Part shown: piece after piece, positions 8,499-19,014 of the stretch | Numbering within the stretch: position 1 is the stretch's first letter | Layout of the letters: every line of letters begins with the position of its first letter | Origin: Nitrososphaeraceae archaeon | Lineage (GTDB): Archaea > Thermoproteota > Nitrososphaeria > Nitrososphaerales > Nitrososphaeraceae | Assembly: GCA_044870765.1 (NCBI GenBank) | Contig: JBIOZG010000005.1 | Span: 64,001-128,000, forward strand | Direction of reading: 5' to 3' | DNA: 64,000 nt | The notes under the pieces: generated by a model | Seen by the model: the letters and a program-made list of their open reading frames with translations, nothing else | What the model was told of the DNA's origin: nothing | Databases searched by the model: none | Position numbers and translations under genes: made by a program

Positions 8499-10010
8499 AT
8501 GCCGATTAGGACAGGAGAAGAGTATATTCAGAGCTTAAAAGGGCGTAAAATGAAGGTTTACCTGTTTGGTGAACTGGTAAAAGAACCAGTTGAACATCCA
8601 CTGATAAGACCGTCAATTAATGCGGTAGCTGAAACGTACGATCTTGCTGACAGAGATCCTGAATTGGCATCAGCAGAATCTTCACTTTCCGGTAATAATG
8701 TAAACAGATTTTTACACATTGTAGAAAATGCTGATGATTTGGTTAATCAGAATAGAATGCAAAGAAAACTCGGGCAACTTACAGGAACCTGTTTTCAAAG
8801 ATGTGTGGGAATGGATGCCTTAAATTCATTGTATTCAACGACATTTGAAATTGATAAAAAATTCGGAACACCCTACCACGAACGTTTTAAAAAATTTGTA
8901 AGGAAAATGCAAGATGATAATCTTGTTATCGGCGGTGCCATGACCGATGTTAAGGGCGATAGAAGTCTAAGTCCGTCACAGCAAGAAGACCCGGATCTAT
9001 TTGTACATATTTCAAAGCGAGATGAAAAAGGTATTTACTTATCTGGTGCAAAAGCACATCAAACTGGTTGTATAAATTCTCACTGGATACTGGTTATGCC
9101 TACGATGAGACTACGGGATGAAGATAAACAGTATGCAATTGTAGGAGCAATTCCAGCTGATGCAGAGGGTATAACGTATATCTACGGAAGACAATCCTGT
9201 GATACTCGCAGTATGGAAGGTGGCGAATTGGATGCTGGAAATTCAAAATTTTCTGGACAGGAAGCAATGATTATTTTTGATAATGCGTTTATTCCGAATG
9301 AATTAATTTTCATGGATGGAGAGTTCGAGTTTGCTTCAATGTTGGTTGAGAGGTTTACCTGTTACCATAGGCGTAGCTATGTTTGCAAGACAGGCCTGGG
9401 TGATGTTCTAATTGGGGCAGCCGCCTCAATAGCAGACTATAATGGTATCTCCAACGCCTCGCATATCAAAGACAAACTTGTTGAAATGACCCACTTGAAC
9501 GAAACTATCTTTGGTGCAGGTATCGCTTCGTCATATCAAGCGCATAAAACATTGTCAGGAAATTATCAAAATGATGACATGTTGGCAAATGTTTGTAAAC
9601 ACAACGTAACAAGGTTTCCTTATGAAATAGGTAGGCTTGCGCAGGATATAGCCGGTGGCCTAATGGTAACTATGCCTTCTGAGAAAGATTTCCGTAGTCC
9701 TGATACAGGACCACTTCTTGAGAAATACTTGAAAGGCAGGAAAGGTGTTTCGACTGAAAATAGAATGCGTATTTTGAGACTCATTGAAAATATGACACTT
9801 GGACGAAATGCAGTTGGATATCTTACAGAGTCGATGCACGGCGCAGGTTCTCCCCAGGCACAAAGAATCCAAATTGCAAGACAGATGCAGCTAGGATATA
9901 AGAAAAAACTTGCCAAAGATCTGGCCGGAATTGATGAAGGAGAATCCGCACAGGTAATCCATGAGCAATCTGAATATTTTGATAGAATATTTGGAATAAA
10001 TTCGACTTAG
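8499..10010 (+). CDS. abfD: 4-hydroxybutyryl-CoA dehydratase (3-HP/4-HB carbon fixation cycle)
   Basis: TGTCFQRCVGMD, GAMTDVKGDRS, CYHRRSYVCK, TESMHGAGSPQAQR. Confidence 0.96.
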   Translation: MPIRTGEEYIQSLKGRKMKVYLFGELVKEPVEHPLIRPSINAVAETYDLADRDPELASAESSLSGNNVNRFLHIVENADDLVNQNRMQRKLGQLTGTCFQRCVGMDALNSLYSTTFEIDKKFGTPYHERFKKFVRKMQDDNLVIGGAMTDVKGDRSLSPSQQEDPDLFVHISKRDEKGIYLSGAKAHQTGCINSHWILVMPTMRLRDEDKQYAIVGAIPADAEGITYIYGRQSCDTRSMEGGELDAGNSKFSGQEAMIIFDNAFIPNELIFMDGEFEFASMLVERFTCYHRRSYVCKTGLGDVLIGAAASIADYNGISNASHIKDKLVEMTHLNETIFGAGIASSYQAHKTLSGNYQNDDMLANVCKHNVTRFPYEIGRLAQDIAGGLMVTMPSEKDFRSPDTGPLLEKYLKGRKGVSTENRMRILRLIENMTLGRNAVGYLTESMHGAGSPQAQRIQIARQMQLGYKKKLAKDLAGIDEGESAQVIHEQSEYFDRIFGINST

Positions 10011-10133
10011 TTTTTACCAAGTTCAGAAATATTCAATTTAAGTTGTACGCTTGTATAGATCTTTTTTTGTGTATTTCTTGATCTTTCGGAACGTTAATTA
10101 TGTAGAAGGACAGGATATGAAAAACAAGCGATT

Positions 10134-10664
10134 ATGAACGATGCAGAGTTTATAAATCTAGTTAGAAGTTGGAATGACTTTCCCACAAAAGGAATTTCAT
10201 TCAAGGACATAAATCCGCTACTAAGAACCCCCGATTCAATGTATTACCTTAACGAAAAGTTGTCCGACATATGTGCCAATATTCAAACAAACAAAATTGC
10301 AGCTATCGAATCAAGAGGATTTGTTGTAGGTTCTCTTCTTGCAACAAGCATGAGCAAGGGATTAGTCCTAATTAGAAAAGAAGGTAAATTGCCAGGGCCT
10401 AAGATTAAAGAATCCTATAGTATAGAATATGGGACTAGGGTTATGGAAATTCAAGAAGATGCTATTTTGAAGGGTGAAAAAGTTCTGATAGCAGACGACT
10501 TGCTTGCAACAGGAGGCACTGCGGTTGCGGCAGCTTCGCTTGTAGAAAAATTAGGAGGCACAGTAGTTGGATTTGTGTTTATCATTTGTTTGAATTATTT
10601 GGACGGTACGGATACATTGAAGAGTAAAGGTTACGATGTTAGATGCATTATGGAGTTTGAATAA
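10134..10664 (+). CDS. apt: Adenine phosphoribosyltransferase
   Basis: DFPTKGISFKDI, AIESRGF, IRKEGKLPG, ADDLLATGGT. Confidence 0.95.
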   Translation: MNDAEFINLVRSWNDFPTKGISFKDINPLLRTPDSMYYLNEKLSDICANIQTNKIAAIESRGFVVGSLLATSMSKGLVLIRKEGKLPGPKIKESYSIEYGTRVMEIQEDAILKGEKVLIADDLLATGGTAVAAASLVEKLGGTVVGFVFIICLNYLDGTDTLKSKGYDVRCIMEFE

Positions 10665-10665
10665 T

Positions 10666-11466
10666 ATGCAAAAGTATCATGCCGAAATTGGTATAATAGG
10701 CGGAACCGGTATCTATAACACTGAATTACTGACTAATGCAGAAACAGTAAAGATCTTTACTCCTTACGGTAGTACATCGGATCTAATTACTATTGGTGAG
10801 TACAACGGTAGATCGGTAGCTTTCATTCCTCGTCATGGTAAAGGGCATACTCTTCCTCCACACAGGGTTAACAGTAGGGCAAACATATGGGCTCTACATT
10901 CATTGGGTGTGTCGAGAATCATTGCTCCATCCGCGGTGGGAAGTCTTCAGGATGCCTATATGCCTGGTGATATTGTACTCCCTGATCAATTCATTGATTT
11001 TACTAAACGAAGAGACTATACGTTTTATGATGAGGGGAAAGTATGCCACATATCATGTGCAGATCCTTTTTGTAATGAATTGAGAGAAATGTTGCTAAAA
11101 GTGGGTAAACAACTAAATACTAATGTGCATAATGGCTCTAATTATATTTGTATAGAAGGGCCGCGCTTTTCAACACGGGCAGAATCAAAATATTTTAGAG
11201 AGATATTACGTGGCGATATAATTGGAATGACACTGGTACCCGAATGTGTACTGGCACGTGAAATGGAAATATGCTACGTATCAATAGCTACGGTTACTGA
11301 TTATGATGTTTGGTACGAAAATCCTGTTTCCTCCAAGGAAATTCTTGAAGTGTTAACCAAAAATGCCAATAAAATAAAAGAATTACTTGCAGCGTTCATC
11401 CCGTCAATTCCAGATTCTCGAAACAAATGCAAATGCGGGAATGCATTAAACGATGCTATGGTTTGA
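10666..11466 (+). CDS. mtnP: S-methyl-5'-thioadenosine phosphorylase
   Basis: IGIIGGTG, PRHGKGH, EGPRFSTRAES, IGMT, TVTDYD; start placed at MQKY. Confidence 0.94.
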   Translation: MQKYHAEIGIIGGTGIYNTELLTNAETVKIFTPYGSTSDLITIGEYNGRSVAFIPRHGKGHTLPPHRVNSRANIWALHSLGVSRIIAPSAVGSLQDAYMPGDIVLPDQFIDFTKRRDYTFYDEGKVCHISCADPFCNELREMLLKVGKQLNTNVHNGSNYICIEGPRFSTRAESKYFREILRGDIIGMTLVPECVLAREMEICYVSIATVTDYDVWYENPVSSKEILEVLTKNANKIKELLAAFIPSIPDSRNKCKCGNALNDAMV

Positions 11467-11761
11467 ATTGATCTTTTGCCCCCGGATCGACTAGGACTAT
11501 TTCTCCTTCAACAAGTTTTCGTTGTAATGTTAGTTGGAAACTTTCGGTTTCATAACCAAATTCCTTCAGTTTGGCGAGAGTTTTTTTGGTCAAATTCAGA
11601 CTAATGTTATGACCCCCAATCCTTCCAAAGGCAATTGCATTGAATTTAAATTTCGTATTTCTGACAATAAAGTAACCCTTTAATTTACTTGCATACTGCC
11701 CTCCCTGAGCTTTTTCTACAAATATTTTCAGGTCGTCAGAAGGGTATGAGTCGCGAATCAC
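11456..11761 (-). CDS. Hypothetical protein
   Basis: Protein-like ORF coupled (4-nt overlap) to the upstream gene. Confidence 0.75.
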   Translation of the reverse strand: MIRDSYPSDDLKIFVEKAQGGQYASKLKGYFIVRNTKFKFNAIAFGRIGGHNISLNLTKKTLAKLKEFGYETESFQLTLQRKLVEGEIVLVDPGAKDQFKP

Positions 11762-12171
11762 TTTGGATGAGCCTCATCCGTTATTTCGATACTGCGATTT
11801 ATATTCTTGGAAACCAGAAAACTCCACCAGTTGTCATCTACAATCTTGTAATCAGAAACATCTACACTTACTGTGGTTTCGTCATCAGTGTCAATAAAAG
11901 AGAACTTGCCATCTTTAATTATTCTTGTTAGTTTCCACCGTTCTTTACCGACCCTATTTCTATTTATGGCAACAGCCCATTCTTGACCTTCTTCAATAGA
12001 TGGCATACCGATGTAGTCTACGATTTCCAAAATACCCAATCTTTTCTCTTCGCAAAACATTTTCTTGTTTACTACATTTCTCCAAATATCAACGGCTCCT
12101 ATTGTCTTGTTATTTTCATTAATATTAATAACCCCAAAATATACCACCTTATTGTCCGGAACGGTCGACAT
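11758..12171 (-). CDS. Hypothetical protein
   Basis: 137-aa ORF in a co-oriented run of genes. Confidence 0.8.
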   Translation of the reverse strand: MSTVPDNKVVYFGVININENNKTIGAVDIWRNVVNKKMFCEEKRLGILEIVDYIGMPSIEEGQEWAVAINRNRVGKERWKLTRIIKDGKFSFIDTDDETTVSVDVSDYKIVDDNWWSFLVSKNINRSIEITDEAHPK

Positions 12172-12195
12172 TCCACATTATTGATTCTAATTGCC

Positions 12196-12540
12196 TTATT
12201 TAGTTCTTGCAGATTCCTGCATTCTTTCCAGAGACGAGGCAAGACTATCAATTTGAAGGTTCTTTTTAAATTCTATACCGATTTCTTGGCAGTGCCGACG
12301 ATAAGCGTTTATTATTGAAAATTTTGGATGGAATGTCTGATACTTACCAGACAGCTCAAGTATTAGCCCTTTTTCTATTAAATTAAAGAGTTCTTGCTCA
12401 GATTCTACCAAAGAGAGTTTTAGCGCTGCGGAAATCCTTGCTACTGTTGATTCCCCATTGATTATTAAAAATAGGAAAATTTGTGCTTCCTTGTCTGTTA
12501 GATTGATCTTTGAAATTAGAGCTTCCTTTATGTTGTCCAT
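12196..12540 (-). CDS. TrmB-like winged-HTH transcriptional regulator
   Basis: LTDKEAQIFLFL..TVARIS..LFNLIEKGLI. Confidence 0.8.
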   Translation of the reverse strand: MDNIKEALISKINLTDKEAQIFLFLIINGESTVARISAALKLSLVESEQELFNLIEKGLILELSGKYQTFHPKFSIINAYRRHCQEIGIEFKKNLQIDSLASSLERMQESARTK

Positions 12541-12655
12541 CCAGCATCAGGTCAAATTTATTTTTCATTTGATACTCTCATATTAACATTGTCTGTCACA
12601 GAGGTCATAATTGATTGGCAATAACAAAAGGTCAAGTATCCATGATAAGAAAATG

Positions 12656-13552
12656 TCATAGTGATAAAATCTCTTTATATTTTTCGTACCTCTGTTTGAT
12701 GTCTTTATTACCAATATTGACTAATCTTTGAATTCCATAATCTTCAATCGCAAATGAACCCATAATGTTTCCATGAATCATCGCATTTTTCAGGGATTTT
12801 GAATTTATTTGTCCTTGTGTGCACAAATATCCAATAAAAGCGCCGCCAAAAGAATCACCGGCACCGGTAGGATCTTTTATAGTTTCAGTCGGATATCCTG
12901 GAATGGGATAGAATTCATTTTCATAAAAGAGTACTGATCCATTTTCTCCCTTATTTATCAAAGCAAAAGAAGGACCATTTGACACTATTAATCGGGCACA
13001 TTTCAAGATGCTATTTTCTTTAAATAACAATCTAGCCTCTGATTCGTTTAATATTATTCCATCGACTTTATTTATCATCTTGATTACATCGTCTCTCTTG
13101 TTCAAGATCCAAAAATCCATAGTGTCACAAATTACTAACTTTGGATGGGAAACTTGCCTTAACAGATTCATATTTTGAACAGGATCATTATTTGCAAGAT
13201 ACACATATTCTGAATCAACAAATGCTGTTGGTACAGTAGATTGGTAATTTGAAATTGCATTTAACTCCGTTTTGTTAGTGGTCCTCTTGTAAAGATCATA
13301 ACCAAAAGATGAATCATAATGAAAGGTCTTATCCGTTTCACTAATTGACAATCCTCTGATATCAAGACGATTTTTCAATATCTCCATATACGATGCTGGA
13401 AAATCATTACCTACAATACCAACTATCGATGTAGGTACGTAATTTGATGCCGCAATTGATGCAAAAGTAGCAGTGCCTCCCAGAGTTCTTTCAACAGTAT
13501 GAAATGGGGTACGAGTGGTATCTAGTGCAACAGTTCCAAATACAGTTAGCAT
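12656..13552 (-). CDS. PfkB-family sugar/nucleoside kinase
   Basis: LGGTAT, NESEA, KGENG, DPTGAGDSFGG. Confidence 0.93.
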   Translation of the reverse strand: MLTVFGTVALDTTRTPFHTVERTLGGTATFASIAASNYVPTSIVGIVGNDFPASYMEILKNRLDIRGLSISETDKTFHYDSSFGYDLYKRTTNKTELNAISNYQSTVPTAFVDSEYVYLANNDPVQNMNLLRQVSHPKLVICDTMDFWILNKRDDVIKMINKVDGIILNESEARLLFKENSILKCARLIVSNGPSFALINKGENGSVLFYENEFYPIPGYPTETIKDPTGAGDSFGGAFIGYLCTQGQINSKSLKNAMIHGNIMGSFAIEDYGIQRLVNIGNKDIKQRYEKYKEILSL

Positions 13553-13597
13553 GCAGTTCAATCTATAACAACAATAAATAAGTGTTCAACAATATTT

Positions 13598-14182
13598 TTG
13601 ATGTTGGCATCAGAAGCAAGATATGATAAAATAGTGATTGGATTTTCTGGAGCATCAGGTATTATTTATGGAATTAGGCTCTTGGAGGTTCTGCATTCCA
13701 TTAATATTCAGACCTATCTTATAATCAGCGAATGGGCGAAAAAAAACATAGTTATTGAAACCCACAAAACACTAGAGTACGTGAAATCTCTTTCTTCAGT
13801 AAACTATGATAATTCTAAACTTGATGCTTCTGTGTCAAGCGGCTCATTTTTACATGATGGAATGGTAATAGTACCATGTAGTATGAAATCACTTTCGAGT
13901 ATCGCAAATGGATACGATGATACACTCATTTCCCGTGCTGCCTCAGTTACTTTAAAGGAATCAAGGAAGTTGATCTTAGTTCCACGTGAAACTCCTCTCT
14001 CCAGAATTCACCTTGAGAACATGATCAAAGTACAGGAGGCCGGTGCAATTATCCTTCCGGCTATGCCGGGCTTTTATCACAATCCTTCATCCATTGATCA
14101 AATTGTCGATCATTTGGTTGGAAAGATTCTTGATCAACTAAAAATAAAACACGAATTGTTCAAGAGATGGAAAGATCAATAA
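13598..14182 (+). CDS. ubiX: Flavin prenyltransferase UbiX
   Basis: GFSGASG, SSGSF, PCSMKSL, PRETP, PGFYH. Confidence 0.95.
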   Translation: MMLASEARYDKIVIGFSGASGIIYGIRLLEVLHSINIQTYLIISEWAKKNIVIETHKTLEYVKSLSSVNYDNSKLDASVSSGSFLHDGMVIVPCSMKSLSSIANGYDDTLISRAASVTLKESRKLILVPRETPLSRIHLENMIKVQEAGAIILPAMPGFYHNPSSIDQIVDHLVGKILDQLKIKHELFKRWKDQ

Positions 14183-14243
14183 AAATCAAAAATAACTTTG
14201 GGTAGATAATATTTACTCTTAATGAAAAATTACATGTAAATAT

Positions 14244-14813
14244 CTAATTTTCCCACAATTGTAATTTTTCAATTTTTGCTCGTCTCTTTGCTTGATAGAG
14301 CATCTCGTATACTGTTTTGTGAGATCTCCCATTGATTAGTAACATTATTGCATCGATAGCGAGTTTTGTTTCTTCATATTCGCCTATCAGCCCTACCGTG
14401 TGCCCATATATTGAAATAAACGTGTTTGTTAATTCCTCTAGATTCTTTCTTGCTTTGCCCTTTTCGCCAATAATTCTTCCTTTGACCCTATTTGTAGAAT
14501 TGGTTGTTGTTGTAAAATTACGCAGATCCAAAATTTGAAACAATGTTTCCTCTTTTAAAATTCTAAAAGCTCTTTCCGGCGAAAAACCACTAGAAATTGC
14601 ACTGATAATATCGCGTGCCTTGAGAGCACCATACTCATCGAAATCTTTAGAGGTTGAAGATATTGTTATTTCGCCTGTTTTGCTTTCAATTTCAATCTTC
14701 ACATTGCACTTTTTACAAATTTCATTTTTTATTTTTCCCTTATTTCCTATTACTATGGGAATCCGTTCTTCTAGTATGTGTAATGTTAAACTCAGATGAT
14801 CTTTATTGTCCAA
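14244..14813 (-). CDS. KH-domain ribosome biogenesis protein Dim2/Pno1
   Basis: Two KH motifs (IGNKG, RIIGEKG), GFSPERA, GRSHKTVY. Confidence 0.92.
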   Translation of the reverse strand: MDNKDHLSLTLHILEERIPIVIGNKGKIKNEICKKCNVKIEIESKTGEITISSTSKDFDEYGALKARDIISAISSGFSPERAFRILKEETLFQILDLRNFTTTTNSTNRVKGRIIGEKGKARKNLEELTNTFISIYGHTVGLIGEYEETKLAIDAIMLLINGRSHKTVYEMLYQAKRRAKIEKLQLWEN

Positions 14814-14894
14814 TAAGAATACCTATACAAAATTTTGATGTTTAATTATTTATTCATTTATTTGCTAAACTATGAGTAACTTATCGAATTTGAA

Positions 14895-15233
14895 TTAATA
14901 GGATTGCGTGAATCTATAAATCATGAGAAATGGAACATCTGAAAAGTACTTGACACTTGCCCTCTTTGCTAAATTCATTTCAATTGCTTTGTTCACCGTA
15001 TCCTTACCGGCCAAGTTTGAAATTGATGATTTTTTCAGGTAGGATTCAATTTCATTTTCATCTGCAATTTTATCCATCCAGTAATTTTTTTTCATATTTA
15101 TCGTGATTTCTCCATGATTGATCTGTTTATCTATGAGATAAAGATCGCATACATTTACCATAAGAGAGTCTTGGTATTTTACAGTTCTAATTGCATACCT
15201 TAATGACTGGTTTTTAGAGCTACTGGTCTCCAT
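14895..15233 (-). CDS. DUF424 family protein
   Basis: MVNVCD..LI, NLAGKDTV..AI, VPFL; start placed at METSS. Confidence 0.8.
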   Translation of the reverse strand: METSSSKNQSLRYAIRTVKYQDSLMVNVCDLYLIDKQINHGEITINMKKNYWMDKIADENEIESYLKKSSISNLAGKDTVNKAIEMNLAKRASVKYFSDVPFLMIYRFTQSY

Positions 15234-15410
15234 TATCAAACAATATTCAACAAGATAAATTAGATAAGTTTTTTTATTTATTTTTTTTGCGGCAGGTAAA
15301 TTATAGGAATTTGTAAGATACATCATAGAATGTTAGCTATTATTCTTTCAATCATTCTTACTAAAAATTAACACTATTATTGGACCATCAGATTAATTAG
15401 ATGCACTTAC

Positions 15411-15452
15411 ATACTTAAGGAGTAGAAAAGATACTTAAGGAGTAGAAAAGAT
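15411..15452. repeat. Perfect 20-bp tandem duplication directly upstream of the DUF373 gene
   Basis: atacttaaggagtagaaaag x2 (15411-15430, 15431-15450) followed by at. Confidence 0.95.
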
Positions 15453-16615
15453 TGTCAAAGGATCTGGAATACATTCGGGACAAGAAAAGCTTGGATTATC
15501 GTTCTTTATCAACTCATTATAGGAGAGTTCTTGTTGTTTGTATTGACAGGGATGACGACCTAGGTAAAAACGCTGGCGTTGAAACTCCTGTCTTTGGAAG
15601 AGATCAATGCATAAGTGCAGGCACTAGATTGGCAATTGAAGATCCAGAGGATGCTGATGCCAATGCAATTTTTGGCGCTGTCAAAATATATGAAGAGCTT
15701 GTAACAAAGGGCTATGAAACTGAGGTTGCCGTAATAACGGGCGCCTATAATCGTGGTATAGAGGCAGACGAAAAAATATCCTCAGAGCTCATAACAGTGT
15801 TGTCAAAGTTTAAGGCAGATGGAATTGTCGTAGTATCAGATGGGGAGGACGATGAGACAGTAATACCTCTATTACAGGCCATGGTACCTGTGATCTCTAT
15901 TCAGCGAATAATAATGAGGCATAGTAGGAGTGTAGAATACTCATATGCTGTTTTTGGCAAGTATGTGAAGATGTTAGTTTACGATTCAAGATATTCAAAA
16001 TTCTTTTTAGGTGTACCAGGGGCGCTACTTATCGCAAGTGGGTTCGCAACCATTTTTGGCTTTACGAAAGAAGCGTTGGCCATAGTTCTTAGTGTATTGG
16101 GTGTTGCATTTATTATCCGAGCATTTGATATTGACAAGTCACTTGGATCCCTAAATAGGACTACGCCATCAACATTCATCAGAATATTTTCGGCGTTTGC
16201 AGGAATCATGATAATATTGGTTGGTATATCAAATGGGATTTCGAGTATCCCTGATGGCGCCATACCAAAGGATGCTAGCATTTCTCAGATTATTACAAAT
16301 AGGACTGTAGTAGGATCCTTTGTTCACGGTTCAATTACTCTAATTTGGATTGGATTGGCGACTATATTTGGCGGAATATTCCTTAGCAACTGGTTCAAAG
16401 GAAGCATTACGATTCTATCAGATATCCTGAGATTGGTTGTGCTGGGATTGATTTACATTCCAGTAATTCAATTTACTTCAGTCTTGACGGAAAAAACAAA
16501 TCCTTTCAATCTTATCTCTTCTTTATTTATTGGTCTAGCTATTACGCTTGTCGCGACAACATTTTTGTTTCAGTATTTCAGAAACAAAAAAGGTGGAGAA
16601 CACCTAAAGCATTAG
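15452..16615 (+). CDS. DUF373 family membrane protein
   Basis: LVVCIDRDDDLG, DPEDADAN, VSDGEDDE, then several TM helices. Confidence 0.9.
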   Translation: MSKDLEYIRDKKSLDYRSLSTHYRRVLVVCIDRDDDLGKNAGVETPVFGRDQCISAGTRLAIEDPEDADANAIFGAVKIYEELVTKGYETEVAVITGAYNRGIEADEKISSELITVLSKFKADGIVVVSDGEDDETVIPLLQAMVPVISIQRIIMRHSRSVEYSYAVFGKYVKMLVYDSRYSKFFLGVPGALLIASGFATIFGFTKEALAIVLSVLGVAFIIRAFDIDKSLGSLNRTTPSTFIRIFSAFAGIMIILVGISNGISSIPDGAIPKDASISQIITNRTVVGSFVHGSITLIWIGLATIFGGIFLSNWFKGSITILSDILRLVVLGLIYIPVIQFTSVLTEKTNPFNLISSLFIGLAITLVATTFLFQYFRNKKGGEHLKH

Positions 16616-16669
16616 CAATTGTGTTCACAGAGTTATTATATGATTTAAAATCATTTACTTTGAGGGCAA

Positions 16670-17461
16670 ATGCGCGGACTTTTTTATTATCTAATCAATA
16701 ACGATTGGTTTTATCGATTCTATGAAAGAAAATTGGAATCACAGATTAGAAAAGATTCGCTTCCAAATCATGTTGCAATTATATTGGATGGCAATAGGCG
16801 ATGGGCTAAATATAATTTCCTGGCAAGCAAAGGCGTACATGCAATGGGTGCTGACAAGGCCGAACAGTTACTAACTTGGATTTATGACCTTAAAATAAAA
16901 ATAACTACTCTTTATGTATTGTCCATCGAAAACCTCGAACGCGACAAGAAGGAATTGGAAGACATCTATAATCTTCTTGGAATAAAACTTGAAAAATTAT
17001 ACAATGATTCACGAATACACGAAAGGGAAATGAAAATAAAGGCCATTGGAAATATCGATGCTCTCCCACAATCAATAAAAGATATTTTGTTTAAACTTGA
17101 AAGAGAGACAAATCATTATGATCTGACTTTTCTAAACATCGCTATAGCTTATGGTGGGCAACAAGAATTAGTTGATGCGATTAGAAAAATTGCTCATGAT
17201 GTAGAAAGAAGAGAACTAAAAATTTCAGAGATCACAGAGCAGTCAATTGATTCATATCTTTATACTTCCCACTTACCGCAGCCAGAGCCTGACCTTATAC
17301 TGAGAACTTCTGGTGAAAAGAGGCTGAGCGGTTTTTTATTATGGCAAAGTGCATACAGTGAACTAGTTTTTATGGATGTATTTTGGCCCGAATTCCGAAA
17401 AATTGATCTTATGAGGGCGATTAGAACATTTCAAAGACGACGTAGAAGATACGGAAAATAA
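16670..17461 (+). CDS. uppS: cis-prenyltransferase (undecaprenyl/dolichyl diphosphate synthase)
   Basis: HVAIILDGNRRWA, AYGGQQE, LRTSGEKRLSGFLLWQ. Confidence 0.96.
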   Translation: MRGLFYYLINNDWFYRFYERKLESQIRKDSLPNHVAIILDGNRRWAKYNFLASKGVHAMGADKAEQLLTWIYDLKIKITTLYVLSIENLERDKKELEDIYNLLGIKLEKLYNDSRIHEREMKIKAIGNIDALPQSIKDILFKLERETNHYDLTFLNIAIAYGGQQELVDAIRKIAHDVERRELKISEITEQSIDSYLYTSHLPQPEPDLILRTSGEKRLSGFLLWQSAYSELVFMDVFWPEFRKIDLMRAIRTFQRRRRRYGK

Positions 17462-17499
17462 GAAAATGTTGATATGTCTATCTTGCATGTATAAAACAA

Positions 17500-17649
17500 A
17501 TGCCACAGCATGGTGATTACGATCAAAAAAGTGCTAAATGGTTTTGCAATATCTGGATAGATAAGAAAGAATGGCTGGAAATTCATGGATATTCCCCACT
17601 AGCTACTAATCTTGATACAGATGAAGAAGAAGTCGTAGAGAGCGGTTAG
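17500..17649 (+). CDS. Small Trp-rich protein (49 aa, not in ORF track)
   Basis: MPQHGDYDQKSAKWFCNIWIDKKEWLEIHGYSPLATNLDTDEEEVVESG; fills the uppS-Nudix gap. Confidence 0.7.
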   Translation: MPQHGDYDQKSAKWFCNIWIDKKEWLEIHGYSPLATNLDTDEEEVVESG

Positions 17650-17676
17650 CAACTATCGAGTTAGTAGAAATTTGAA

Positions 17677-18114
17677 ATGATGACAGAAAAATCTGCTGGG
17701 TTTATCCTCATCACAGATGATTTTGAAACTGATGACTATTGTGTATTACTACTTCATTACACATCAGGTCACTGGGACTTTCCTAAGGGAAATATAGAAA
17801 CTAATGAAACTGAATTAGAGGCTGCTACAAGGGAATTGCAAGAAGAGACTGGTATTGAAACCTTTAGACTGATACCAAACTTTAGATACGTACTAGATTA
17901 CAAATACACTAGAAAGACTATGTTAATCTCAAAACAAGTAACTTTATTTCTTGCATCTACAGGAGTAAGAAAAGTAAAGATATCTCATGAGCACATAGGT
18001 TATAGTTGGGTGAAAAAAAGCGATGCAACTACTCAGTTGACATACAAAAATGCTAAAAATGCATTAAAGCACGCAATAAATTTCTTGGAAAAACCATCGT
18101 CCAATATCCAATAG
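17677..18114 (+). CDS. Nudix hydrolase, Ap4A hydrolase-like
   Basis: GHWDFPKG, Nudix box AATRELQEETG, ISHEH. Confidence 0.92.
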   Translation: MMTEKSAGFILITDDFETDDYCVLLLHYTSGHWDFPKGNIETNETELEAATRELQEETGIETFRLIPNFRYVLDYKYTRKTMLISKQVTLFLASTGVRKVKISHEHIGYSWVKKSDATTQLTYKNAKNALKHAINFLEKPSSNIQ

Positions 18115-18243
18115 TAATATGTGTGACTGCTCAAGCAATTTTTGGAATTTTTGTCAAAACAACGCATATCAAGTAAAATAAACATGGTATGACAAAGTAA
18201 AGGATATAAAGATGTGTTTGAAGCCTACAACCAGTAATGAAAC

Positions 18244-19014
18244 TTATTGTGTAGCTTGTGATGATGCTTCGGAATTTATAATGTCAGATACGGTCTTTCG
18301 TTTGTTTTTTGAATTTAGAACAGTGCGACCTATTATGAGATAATCACTTCCACTCCGCATGGCACTTTTTGCGTTACCTCCCTGAGTACCTATACCAGGC
18401 GAATAAATGGGGATACTAGAAATCGATGAGATATGTTTCAAAGTTCTCAAGTGTGTGGCACCCACTACAATTCCATCGACTTTGGTCGTGTTGGCGTATT
18501 TCAAGAAGAGCTCAAATAGAGGAACGACCTTACTTTCTTTTGATCTCCTTTGAACTGTATTCAAACCATATCCTTCATTGACACTTTCGTGGCTCATATA
18601 GACAAGGGATATTATACCCATGCCGATTTTGTGAGTAAATTGAACTAGAGACGCCAATTGTTTCTGTCCGATAATCGGATTTACTATAACTGAATCAAAG
18701 CCCATTGAATGCAAATGCTGTACAGTTACTTGGTTCGTATTTCCTATATCATTTAACTTAATATCAGCAATTGAAAGCAATCCATGGGAATGTATAACTC
18801 TGTTGATGCTTTGAATATCTTTCTTGGCAAATGGCAATATCAGATGAAAGTTAATTTTAATTGCGCATAGAAACGGGTAAAGATTTTTTACTAATTTTTC
18901 AATATACTTGAGATTAGAATGTTGTGAATCCAAATCCAGGGCTAGTATTATGAGGCTTTTATGATTACTTGAAGCACGAGCAATTCGTTCTCTATATGAG
19001 ATTTTATTCATCAA
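18244..19014 (-). CDS. pyrF: Orotidine 5'-phosphate decarboxylase
   Basis: ILALD, ADIKLNDIGNT, SPGIGTQGG, IIGR. Confidence 0.92.
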   Translation of the reverse strand: MMNKISYRERIARASSNHKSLIILALDLDSQHSNLKYIEKLVKNLYPFLCAIKINFHLILPFAKKDIQSINRVIHSHGLLSIADIKLNDIGNTNQVTVQHLHSMGFDSVIVNPIIGQKQLASLVQFTHKIGMGIISLVYMSHESVNEGYGLNTVQRRSKESKVVPLFELFLKYANTTKVDGIVVGATHLRTLKHISSISSIPIYSPGIGTQGGNAKSAMRSGSDYLIIGRTVLNSKNKRKTVSDIINSEASSQATQ

